A stretch of 64,000 nt of DNA, taken from the NCBI RefSeq assembly GCF_009914755.1, contig NC_060927.1. One strand, written 5' to 3'. Origin of the DNA: the human T2T-CHM13v2.0 reference genome, Homo sapiens. Positions 29,906-41,335 of this stretch are shown in pieces. Both the position numbers and the translations under genes were made by a program. Below the pieces are notes generated by a model that did not search any database, was not told the origin of the DNA, and saw nothing but the letters and a program-made list of their open reading frames with translations. Every line of letters begins with the position of its first letter. The first letter of the stretch is position 1.

Positions 29906-30584
29906 GATTTGGCTGCACTCACCCATGAAGAGTCTCTCTGAAGCAGAATCCTCTATTATAAATTTCATCTTCATTTCCCCAAATTTTCAGAGCCTCCCCG
30001 CTTTATCAGTCAAGTCCAAATCCTCTAACTTGCCATACAAGGCCCTCAAACTTTGATTTGCCTTTTCAAGTATGATGTGAGCCCCTTGTTCCCACAGAAG
30101 GGACCAATCAAGCGGGATATTTTCCCACCCCCCTGCCTTTACCTGGAATATAGATTGTATAAGTAGCCCCACCCCCAACTAATACTTCCCTACTGAATAA
30201 GATTACCGCTTTTGCCCAGCATTGTGTGCTATGTAGTAGGCACAGCAGTAATGCCCAATGATTATGATTATTTTTAAAAGAAATTTTTAAATTTTTTGTA
30301 GTTTCCCTAGAATAGATGCTGTGGGAACTTCTGCATTAGGAGTCTTTGCACAACAGAGGAGACAAATTAGGGCATGGATACTTCCTCTTCCCTAATGTTT
30401 AAGATAACATTTTTCAAAATGTGCTTCTCACTAGTTCTGAGTGAAAGAAACAGAAGTTACTTGAAAAGGAGTGCCTAGGCCACGTATATTTGGGATTATC
30501 AAGTTATGTATGAATTCAATCTACAGAACTCAGGGCATTTACCTATTGGTGAGTATTCTGATTGCCCAAGAGAGAAACACTATG

Positions 30585-31440
30585 TTCATTCATTCATTTG
30601 ACAAACATTAAGAATCTACCATTTGCCAGGTAATATGTTTACAAAGGTATATTGGTAAATGTTTTAAAACCAGCTCTCTTAGGAAAAAAAAAAAAACTAA
30701 TTTGTAGCGTTTGCCAATTTCTGTGGTGTAACTATTCCCACATGGCTGATTACAAGCTATCAATATGACATCACTGAACTCAGAGTAGGGAAGAAACGCA
30801 CCCAATCGGCACTCACCAGCCAGTGCAAGCTGGTTCCACCTATTACAACATAGGTGATAACCACTAATGAATGAACAATAATGAGCAAAACAGCTATGCT
30901 CTCTGGCCTTGTAAACATCCAGTCTAGGGCAGGTGACAAAAAAAAATTAGTGAATAAACCTCATGAGTTAATAAACAATGAGGCTGAATTGTGCAGAGGA
31001 TGGCCAAGGGGAAAATTACTGAGCCGTGTGAGATAGCCAACCACTGGAAACTAGGGAGATGATCACGTGAGTCCTCCCCCAAAAAGTTGAGAACTAAATT
31101 ATCAGAAGGAACCTGTCAGGGCAGCAAGGACGGGAAAAGCATTTTAGGTGAGAAGAACAGCACAGGCAAAACCTCAAGGCTGAAAAGGATGTGGTCATTT
31201 AAAGGACTAAAAAGGCCATTTTGCCTGGACTAGAGTTGGTAGCGGGAGAGAATAAGAAGAGATGAATTTGGAAATGCAGGCACGAGCTACGTATATGGTC
31301 TTGGAGCTCCTATTGGGGAGTTTGGATTTTAAAATGCAAAAGCAAGCACTTGAAGGTCATTTTGGTTTAGTTTTAGAAGGAAGTGAACTCTCCTTAGCAG
31401 TTTTACAAGCTCACTCTGACTGGGTATGGAGGATGGCCTG
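30585..31440 (-). mobile_element. L2 fragment interrupted by MER63
   Basis: TTCATTCATTCATTTGACAAACATT start; AAAAGCATTTTAGGTGAGAAGAACAGCACAGGCAAA; GGAGTTTGGATTT. Confidence 0.7.
30642..30848. mobile_element. hAT-Blackjack MITE (MER63A-like)
   Basis: TGGTAAATGTTT..ATTTGTAGCGTTTGCCAATTTC.GTGGTGTAA..CATGGCTGATT.CAAGCTA. Confidence 0.75.
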
Positions 31441-31571
31441 GGGCATTTTCCACTGTGATTTGACTGTGGATCCCTGCTTTCTCCAAGGGTCTTTCTCCAG
31501 TGTGTCCTTCACAGTGCATTTTGGAAAATGTTAAATTAGGAGTTATAAAGAGGCTTGTAACTAGTTAATGT

Positions 31572-31650
31572 ATAGGTTGGTACAAAAGTAAATGAGGTTT
31601 TTGCCATAAAAGTAATGACAAAAGCCACAATTACCTTTGCACCAACCTAA
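31572..31650. mobile_element. MADE1 (Hsmar1-derived MITE), ~80-bp palindrome
   Basis: TAGGTTGGTACAAAAGTAA...TTACCTTTGCACCAACCTAA followed by TA. Confidence 0.92.
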
Positions 31651-31911
31651 TATTATTTCTCAATCTCTCATATAGTAAGAAACAAACATTTAAGTGTGAT
31701 TCATACAGGTTTTTTTTTCTTTGCTGTTTCCTACCAAACCAACCTAGGCTTTCCCAACAGGCTTAGTAAAATCGCTGCCATTCATACAAGTGATAAAAGT
31801 GAAATCACTTTAAAAAAAATCCAAAGTGAAAGACCTAAAGGTACTGTGAAATCCAAGACAGGTGACACTGGCTATTGATAATTAGGCCCCAAACCTGGCT
31901 GGTTTCAAGAA

Positions 31912-32128
31912 CAGCACTGCACAACAGAACTTTCCATCATGGTGGAACTTTCTACTTTCTGTATCTGCCCTACCCAATATGGTTGTCATTAGCCACATGT
32001 GACAACTGACCACTTTAAATGTAGTAATGTGACTGAGGCATTGAATTTACATTTTATGCAACTCGAATTCGTTTAAATTAAATTTAAAGAGCCACATATG
32101 GCTTGACCTGCCATAATGGGTGTCACAG
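31912..32128. mobile_element. hAT-Charlie MITE (MER3-like)
   Basis: CAGCACTG..CAACAGAACTTTC..CCAATATGGT..TAGCCACATGTG..GTGACTGAGG..TTAAATTTAAA..GCCACAT. Confidence 0.75.
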
Positions 32129-33620
32129 TTCTAGAGGGATATTAATGGCAAAACAAAAAGTGGTGACTTCCCTTTTTTTATAGCTGAATGAAACCCCTGC
32201 TCCCAAACAAACTTAGTCCCATAGGAGACAGGTAATACATTGAAAGCATTTTAAAGGTCACTCTGCAATTTAGTCTCCTGATGCTATTTTCTGCCCATTC
32301 CCAGCCACCTCCCACCCTCAATTCAAAGCCACATATACACAGAAGAGCTTGTTAATGTCTATAAATAATAGGTTAGCATTATTTATTACTTGTGCTTCTA
32401 TACACATTTTCTCCTAAAAGTATTACCACATTTTTGACATAGAGTCTTCCTCTTTGATGGAAGAAAAAAGTTAGAAGGCCACAGAAAACTTATTTGTACA
32501 TAAGTTTGCTTTGTCAATATGTAGCGGCAGTCAACTGACAGAGCAACTATTACCCAACCCTCCTATTTTTCATATCACCACTCAGAGTTCCTTCAAATCT
32601 GCTTTGAGCTCCCCAGGCCCTTTTAAATTACATCATACCAAGTGGAGGGATGGGGAAAATGGTCAGGAATATATGGTCCATTAGCAATTCCCTGCTGGCC
32701 TTCTATTACAAGGTGTTTCTCAAACTATTCTGCTATTTTGAAAGATAAATCTTTCTTATTGATTTCAGTCTTTAACACTCTACTCATGAAGAAGTGAGCT
32801 TGTAAATGGTCCAAGGCATGGGGTTGCAATTTGCTGGGTTCAAATGATGCTGCCCCATCATTTTCCAGGTAGGCTTGCATTTCTCTCTTCAGTCCTTTAT
32901 TTTTAACCTTTCCTGTTTCCTTCCTTTCCTCACCTGTCCAGCAAATTTTTCCTGAACGCTTACTATGTGTCTGGTACTATTGCAGATGGGTCTCCACATT
33001 CATAGAGCAATGGAATGCTACCACACACACGACAGCCTGCTAGGCAGCCCGAGAAGGTCTATAAACAGAAATGTTTGGGAAACAGATCAAAGTATTTGTC
33101 TCCAAGAGGAAAGAGGAAATGAAGAGATGGGCTTAGAGAACAAACACACTGGGCTTGAATTTCATCCAGAAATTTTGCCTTTGTAAAGGAAAAGAAAAAT
33201 GTTTCCCAGAATCATCTTTAAGAACCACTGAAAAGATTATTTGAAAATTATTGAAAATCAAAGCAAATTTCAGCCCATCATTGAATAAAGAAGTTGCCTC
33301 TCTGTGAATAGAATAAATAAAAATCTCTGTGTTTCAGGAAGCTGATTGTTTAAAATTGATTTGTAGGCCATTACAGTTTCCCCATATTGCCGACCGGAGA
33401 GTCTGAAATCTTTAGCCAGGCATTTAAAGCCCTGCAACATTAATCTCCATCTTACTCATCCAATTTCACATCTTTCTGCCCCTCTCAGGAACCTTCTGTT
33501 ACAGTCAGATGGATCTATTGACTACCTCCTAGATGTTAGGGTGTTCTTTGCCTCTGTTCATTTATTTTCTTTTCAAATTCTTAACACTTCCTCAAAGCCT
33601 AAGTTAAATCTGAGTTCTAA

Positions 33621-33942
<322 letters not shown>

Positions 33943-34139
33943 AACTCCCTAACTTCTAAGGTATGCCCTTTTTCTCCTTGTAAGGCACCTCATGAAAATG
34001 ATCCTTTTTTTTCTTTTGCAATGACAATTTATCATTTTGCAGTTAGCAAACAATAGGTATGTCTAAGTCATAAGAGCAATGTATCTTACACTCTTTACTA
34101 GTAAAACATTTGTATATACATATACAGTATATAAAGCAT

Positions 34140-34330
34140 ATTGACAAACCTTATCTCATTAAATTTAATCCCTATTACTTAGGTAGATATTTTATTTACC
34201 TGTGGACAGAGGGGAAAACAGAGAGGCTCAGAAAAGGGAACCAATTAACTTGAGATTGCACAGCTAATCAGACAGAGCTGAGTTTAAAATGAGGACCTTT
34301 GATTCCAACACTAGTGCTCTTTGACCATAA
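34140..34330 (-). mobile_element. MIR
   Basis: TTATCTCATT..TTTAATCC..ACAGAGGGGAAAAC..GAGGCTCAGA..CACAGCTAA. Confidence 0.65.
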
Positions 34331-35399
34331 CAGTAAAGAGTCTTCAAATACAGGACCCTTGATACAAACGCCCCTATGTGCCCAAGATAGCTTTAACCAC
34401 ATTGTAGGTATTTAGTGGGTAGTACTGAAAGACGAAATGACTGCTGGTTAATGATTAAAATGAGGCCTCCTTCAAAATCAGCTTTATCGGTAATGCAGAA
34501 GAACTGAGGATAAGGATTCATCTTTTATACTGCCATGGACAGTAATTTTTGGATTTAAAACACAGCTACAAAAAAACAGTTGTCTGTGATTGTGGCCAAG
34601 GTTGCTCAAGATACATCTGAGTTACCTAACCTATGGGTCTGTTTTTTTTCCTACTGGTTTCCAGCCACACAATCCCAACCCTTAATGGTATAACAGCTCC
34701 TCCAAAATGGAGACAGATCAGAATAGACTATTAACACCCAAGCAGATGCAGAAACCACCCAGATGGATAATTTCAATGTTAATACAAAAATATTTAAAAG
34801 AGCTACAGAATGTCACACAGAGGATTAGCAATACAAAAGAGATAGAAGGCATTTATTTTTGGAAAAGTAATTTTTTTCTGTGTATCACTAGTACATTTTA
34901 AATAGAGCTTCTACAGCTTACATACAAATTCTACTTTCTGAGCAAGAGGTATTTTGCATGGTAGGTATGTGTGCTGCTGGGTTATGTATGCTTAACCATG
35001 TTAGCTTCTGTTCACCAAATGTGTCCTCTGCTATGCATTGTGAGAGTTCTTTTATGCTCCTCACAACAACCCTGCCAGCTGCGTGTTATTAGAGTCATTC
35101 TACCGAGGAGGAAGAAACCCCCAAAATGACTACAGATTGGTGGAATATGAGAATATATAAGAATTGTAACAGAGATTATACTATTACAGCTTGGTTGTGG
35201 GACAACTTTTTTTAGTATGGAGAAAATTAATTAGAAAATCACATTTAAAGGAGAATTGAGTAATATAATAGTTAAGTTGGAAAAATCAAAATGAACTCAA
35301 TTTACCTAAAAGGAAATTTTTTTTTTCATTTTTTTTCTCTAAAATTGACCCAACAATGTCAGCAGCACTTTTACCTCATCAACTCTTTATGTGGATCTC

Positions 35400-35700
35400 T
35401 AGGGTCCAGATATCAGTTTCCAATAAGTTTCTCCTAAAAAGAAACCTAGGATTCTTAGAGGGTGACTGATCCCCTGCCTTGAAACTGAGTAATATCAGGA
35501 CATCCTGGAACAACCAAATTTGCTTAAAAAAAAAAAAAATGGTGCTTTTGAGAACATTGGGAAAAATAGTTTAAAGAAGCTTATACTGACCAACTTAAGG
35601 TAACTTGAGGATCAAAAAGAGAAAAATAATTATGGCTAAATGGAACCAGTTTGAGTCTGTGAAAGACCATGATTCTATTCTGAAAACAAACGGAGAAAGT
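35400..35700 (+). mobile_element. old L1 (L1MC4/5-like) 3'UTR fragment
   Basis: AAAAAGAAACCTAGGATTCTTAGAG..GACTGAT.CC..CCTGGAACA resembles the remembered L1MC 3'UTR. Confidence 0.5.
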
Positions 35701-37189
35701 TAACACAAAGTGATCTAAGCAGTCATTCTGTTGCAAAAAGAAGAGTGACTATAAATATGCATGTATTCTTTTCAATTGGTTATAATAATTAGAAGAGATT
35801 ACATGTAAGTGTATTGTTTCTTCTATTTATTCTCCTGTACATCTGTTCATAAGTTGTAGATATATATCTTCTGTCTAAGTAGAGAAGGGTAGATAAAGAA
35901 TTATGAGTCAGGCAAGTAGTTCCAAGGAACTTCGGAATGAAACTCCAAGTTAGGAAGGATTCATTACGGGTAGTAATCAGGTAGCATGAAGGTGCAGTGT
36001 GTGGTCACACTCAGTGACCGAATAGAAAGAGGGCTCAACAATACATTTTGAGATGATTAATGAGCCAAATGTCCTCAGAGAGCTAGATGCCCTACTGAGT
36101 AAAATAAAATACTAAGAAGTAGTATTCATTAATACTAACAAATAGATAAGTTTTAAATAATGTGTTTAGGACAGGGCAATTAAGAGTCATTGACAAGAGA
36201 GTGAAGATATGGTTCTGGCCTTGCAAAACTTTTTAAGAGTGCTTCATTCTGGAGATAAAAGAAACACAACTTGCAAATATATAAACCGGTGGGAAAACCT
36301 AAGATTAAAACTATTTCACTGGTATAACAAATAGAGTAGAGTTTTATAAGGAACCTCTTCAAATGATCAGTGGCTCAGTTTTGAATCATTTTGGGATGAG
36401 CAATTCTACATAGATCAGAAATCAGCTGGCTGTTAATCCAGATCTTATGTTGGTTAATATGAGAAAGTATTGGGTGTTTGTTTGTTTCTTGAATCAGTGA
36501 AAACCTTTATAATCCTGGGATGGCACCAACATAAATTCTAGTATAATTTTCAGGTTAAATTAAAACAAATATTTTTATAACCCTATAAAGCTATTTAAAA
36601 ACATATGTAGGAATAATAAAGAAATAAATCAGAGCATAGATTATTTTGAATAGTATAAGTATAATTATAGGAATAAGTTTAGTAAACATTACATTTACAG
36701 TTATTTTGTCTACTTTAAGGTATTTATAGTGTTCAAACGTTTCAGCCACATTAAAATTCTAATTTTAATTTGTATATTCTAGGAGAATTTAATGAATTGC
36801 ATTTGTAGTAACTTTTAAATGTTCCATTTGATATTTCAAATTTTGTTTATTAGATCTGTATATTTTCATGTAATAAATTGAGCATCTTATAAAGTATACA
36901 TAAACATTTTTATTCCTCTCTATTAAATAAACCCCCAGGAAATTAAGGCATCGTAGCAGAAGCAATCCCAGAGGGGGTAAATAATATACCCTAGGTCATA
37001 CTGTTAGTGAGTGGCAGATCTAGGACTCATGCCCAGATCCATGAACTTAAAACCTGTGTTTCTACCTTCTGCACCCCAACTCTTTGCAGACATTTTTTGA
37101 AGTAGCTTTTTCACATTCCTTAGGACACTATTTTCTTTTTTCACTTAGCAGTACGTGATTTAGGATTGTACAGACATAGCTGTCTGTAC

Positions 37190-37485
37190 AGGTTCCCATA
37201 GGCTGCATTGAGGCATTAGAACTGTTGGTTTGGACCATATAATTTTTTTATGAAAAATGAATTAACTAATTGATAACATTTTTAAATTGGAGGATTGCTC
37301 ATAGAAAGGCAGATGTCTAGCTTCTCTTGAAAAACTGGAAGATTTGGTAATATTGGGCCCTCATTGGCAAAAATCAACAGAACTGAGTGGGGGCTGCCCC
37401 TGGAATAGGGCACTTGTCTCCAGTTTGCCACTGTCCCCATCCAGCCAGGTTCACTAGTTTATGTCTGGCCCCTATGTGCATGAAA
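37190..37485. mobile_element. hAT MITE (MER102-like)
   Basis: GCTTCTCTTGAAAAACTGGAAGATTTGG..TGGGCCC..GGCTGCCCC..CTCCAGTTTGCCAC.GTCCCCA. Confidence 0.7.
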
Positions 37486-37660
37486 CATGCTGTTTCTACT
37501 GAAAACTGATGTACTGAAACCAATTGCTCGAATATCCTCAAGTTACTGCATGCTTGTAGAAACCATCGTCAAATGGGGAATTTAGATGGTACAAGGCACA
37601 ATGAAGAGACAGAACCTATTTCAAGCCCTCGAGAACCATGTTTCTTCAGTTCTAAGCTGC

Positions 37661-38058
37661 TGTTAAAAGAAAAACTTCAGCCAAATCAAATTTAAAGGAG
37701 TTCAGTTGAGCAAAGAACGATTTATCAATTGGGCAGCCTCCGGAGCCAGAGTAGGCTCAGACTCCAGTGCATCCATGTGGTGGAAGATGATTTATGGACA
37801 GAAAAGGGAAAGTGATACACAGAAAATGGAAGCAAGGCACAGAAATAGCCATATTGGTTACAGCTCTGCATTTCCCTTATTTAAACACAGTTTGAACTCT
37901 TGGTCACCTTTGATTGGCCAAAATTCAGTGATTGGTACAACAGTAGACTACAGTTTCTTTACAATTCCATTTAGGTTATAGCTCACAATATAAAGACAAA
38001 CCTTTAGGCTGAACTTAAGCTATGCAAGGAGGCAGCTTAAGGGTAAACTTGATTAAAA
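37661..38058 (-). mobile_element. ERV1 solo LTR (MER57B-like)
   Basis: TGTTAAAAGAAAAACTTCAGCC..CCTTATTTAAACACAGTTTGAAC..TGATTGGCCAAAA..CCTTTAGGCTGAACTTAA..AAGGAGGCAGCTT. Confidence 0.85.
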
Positions 38059-38252
38059 ATGTGCAGACTCTAGAATGGTCATGTAATCAAGCAATAAGAC
38101 AGTTCTCCAGACCTAGAATCACATGTGAGTAATCTGCCATTTCTACTCCTAACTTTCACATCTAAAATACTCTAAATACAATTAGACATCAAGCAAAGTA
38201 GAAAGAGCCAGGATAGGACACAAAAAAAGAGCAGCCAGATAAGTCAGGAGAG

Positions 38253-38620
38253 TTCCTTCCTTCCCTCTCTTTCCTCCTTCCTTCCTTCCTTCTTTCCTTC
38301 TTTTCCTTCCTTCCTTCATTCATTCATTTACGAAGGTCCTGGCGACACAAGGTCTCCTCATACCTCTTTGTTGAATGCGTCCGTCCACTCACCAAATGGG
38401 TTTGAGCATCCACTCTGTTTCAGGCACTGTGGACAGTGCACCAAATAGATAGGGTGCCTTTCATCCCCTATCAGCCCCTAGGTGGATAATCATACCAATA
38501 ATGTCTTAAAACTGTGATAAAGAAAAAAGTACAAGATGCCATGAAAGTGTATAACAGAGGCTGCTTACCTTAACTTAGGGACTCAAAGCAGTTTTCCCTG
38601 GGGATGTAACATTAATTAAT
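38253..38620 (-). mobile_element. L2 fragment with (TTCC)n/(TTCA)n simple-repeat tail (38253-38328)
   Basis: Interrupted TTCC run merging into TTCATTCATT, then TTGAGCATCCACTCTGTTTCAGGCACTGT. Confidence 0.65.
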
Positions 38621-39014
38621 TAGGACCCACAGGGCACTGACCATCCCTTTCCAAATCCTGGTCTGCATCACTGTCTGTTCACTTGCCAACTGAACTAATA
38701 ACGAAAGTTAACATAAACTGAGGACTTAGTATGTGCTCAGCTTTGTAGTAAGTGCTTTACACAAATCAATTATTTAAACTTCATACTAAATCTGTGTTAA
38801 ACCTGGTGTTATTATTTTTCCAATTTCGTAGATGAGGAAGTAAGTGGAGGCATAGCAGGATTAAGTACTTGCCCAAAGCTGGAAAACTAAAGTCAAAAAT
38901 CAAATCCAGATCTGCCTTCCTTGACATGTCATGCCCTTAACACTTGACTTTCTTGTAAAAGAGCCATTCCTTTTCTAAAGACATCAATCTAACTGGTAAA
39001 TAGCTGCATAGTAA

Positions 39015-39066
<52 letters not shown>
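39015..39066. repeat. (CA)n microsatellite, pure (AC)23 from 39021
   Basis: Directly visible. Confidence 0.97.
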
Positions 39067-39069
<3 letters not shown>

Positions 39070-39574
39070 AACAGCTTTTCCCAAAAGAATAAATGTCAAT
39101 ATATCTTAACCCACTTTTCTCGTAACGAGTTGATCCAGCAATAACAAGAATATTCCTCGGGTAATGCCTTTTTATTAAGAACAAATATGAGTTACGAGAC
39201 ACGATACAGTATCCAATCTCAGAAAGCAATTTTCAAAGATTGAGTATCTCCACTTTATGCTGCAAAATAACGAACACATGGACACCCCAGAATGCTTATC
39301 CAACATAGCTTGCCACGTTAGCATTTAAAATAGGCAAACATGTGCTGGGAGATATAAAGAAATGTAACTATACAGATGATTTCTTCCCTGTTTAGCTCAA
39401 CATTGATCATTTGCTGTTAAGTAAACACTTTAACTTAAAAGGAGTCAATGAGAATTTGGATCTTTCTGAAGGAGTCACACATCAAAAGCTTACAATGGGG
39501 AGGTGAGAAAAGGCAGTGGAATGTCTAGTCTTGCTGAAAGGCTGAGAAAAATCCTTTCAGAATAAGTCATCTAC

Positions 39575-39718
39575 TCCCAGATACTCAGGAGGCTGAAGCA
39601 GGAGAATGGCATGGACCCAAGAGGCAGAGCTTGCAGTGAGCTGAGATCACGCCACTGCACTCCAGCCTGGGCGACAGAGCGAGACTCCGTCTCAAAAAAA
39701 CAAAAAACAAAAAAAAAA
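39575..39718 (+). mobile_element. 5'-truncated AluY (right arm only)
   Basis: Y diagnostics GGAGAATGGC..GAGCTTGCAGTGAG; perfect 16-bp TSD AGAATAAGTCATCTAC at 39559-39574 and 39719-39734. Confidence 0.93.
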
Positions 39719-40604
39719 AGAATAAGTCATCTACATAAGCAGGGAAGATCACTTGATATGCACTGGCTTTATGAAATATGGGAATTGCCCCCCTTTCTGC
39801 AAGTAAAATAAGAGGAAATATTTCCCCCCTTATCCAAGTGCAAGAAAGATCATTTCCATTAACATTAGGAATATAAAAAGATTTTCTTCCTAGCTTGCTC
39901 TCCAGCAACAAGATCTCATGGACTTTCTTAACCCTTTGACACTTACACAGTTGTAAATAGTGCTTCCTGCGAAGGTTTGTAATGCAGCCTGACTCCCAAT
40001 CCTTAAACATCCTGCTGTGCAGAGGGAATAGCCAAAGCCAGAAAACCCTAGAACTATTTTTCCTCTCTCCTTCAAAGCCACCAAAACCTGGTAGAAGCAT
40101 GAGTTTCTTCTCCTCTACCTTTTGGACTTGGGAAATCTGGACCTATTGACATGAGATAACATGTACACATTCTGCCTAAATGTAATGAATGTTTCAAAGG
40201 TTTCACAGAAAGCTCAAGCAATGCAACAGAATGGATCTTTTATGGGGTTTTTTTTTTTTTTTTTTTTTTTGCATTTTGAGAGGGTAGGTGAGGAAAACAT
40301 GTTTTTCAAGCTCTGTGATGTTGCTTGATAAATCACAGCAATATTTCTGAAGCGTATTTAATTACAAATTGGCTTGAGTTTTCAAAAGGACAGGGCTTAC
40401 AGATAGATATGTCCTGAATATGAAACATTACTATACTAATGATGCATTAAATTATTTTATAAAACAAAAACCCGAGAGTACATAAAAATGTATCCACAGC
40501 TCATCATATACGCTATGTGAAAGAGAGAGGCTCTTGGCTAAATTTCAAATGCCTATGAGCACAAGAAAATGGAACCATCTAACTAAGCCTTATGTTTTCA
40601 TTCC

Positions 40605-41335
40605 CTCATCCCACAAATATTTAGCAAGGGTTTACTATGGACGACACTATTCTAGGTACTGAGGATACAACAGTGAGTGAAATAAAGTCTTCTTCTCCAG
40701 GGACAGAGGTTCTATTTGGGGAAACATGATAAAAAACAAAACAATGTGCAATAAAATGTTAAGGAGGGATTTGGTCTCTGCAGATGAGTTTTGCAACAAA
40801 AGAGGGCAGGATGGAAGGTGGCTAGGAAGGGTGATCGAAGGAAGGTCTTATGAAATGGTTTGCCAATGTCATACCTCCTATCAAGAGGTGGTGAAATCCA
40901 GAAAATGTCTTGAGTTAGATGGCCAGGAGATATGGACCCTCACTATACCCTTCTCACCAAGGGCTCGTTTTTGTTAGGGACACTTATATTCAAGATCTTA
41001 GGCAAGCCCAGAAAACTAAGAAGACTTGAGATATTAAATAATTGGAAAGAGATCTCTCAACACTGTTTGCTCGAAGGCCAGGTCTTTTGCTTTATTGGGA
41101 AGCAGGAAAGAACAAGGACATTGGAAGCAGAAAGACCTAAGTTCAAATTCTAGTTCAACGTCTTGTCTGTGTGACCTCTGGTAAGCTGCTTTATCACCTT
41201 TCTCACTCCAACTCAGTATCTTCATCCATCAACTAGAAATCTATAACTGCCTCAGGAATTTCCGTGAAGATTAAGTCTGATCATGCATGCAAAATTAACT
41301 CAATGCTTGGCACATGGTGAACACTCAATAAATGG
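40605..41335. mobile_element. L2 fragment (minus, ~40605-40860) followed by MIR fragments (plus, to ~41335)
   Basis: CAAATATTTA..TTCTAGGTACTGAGGATACAACAGTGA; AGACCTAAGTTCAAATTCTAG..TGTGTGACCT..TTGGCACATGG..ACTCAATAAATG. Confidence 0.65.
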
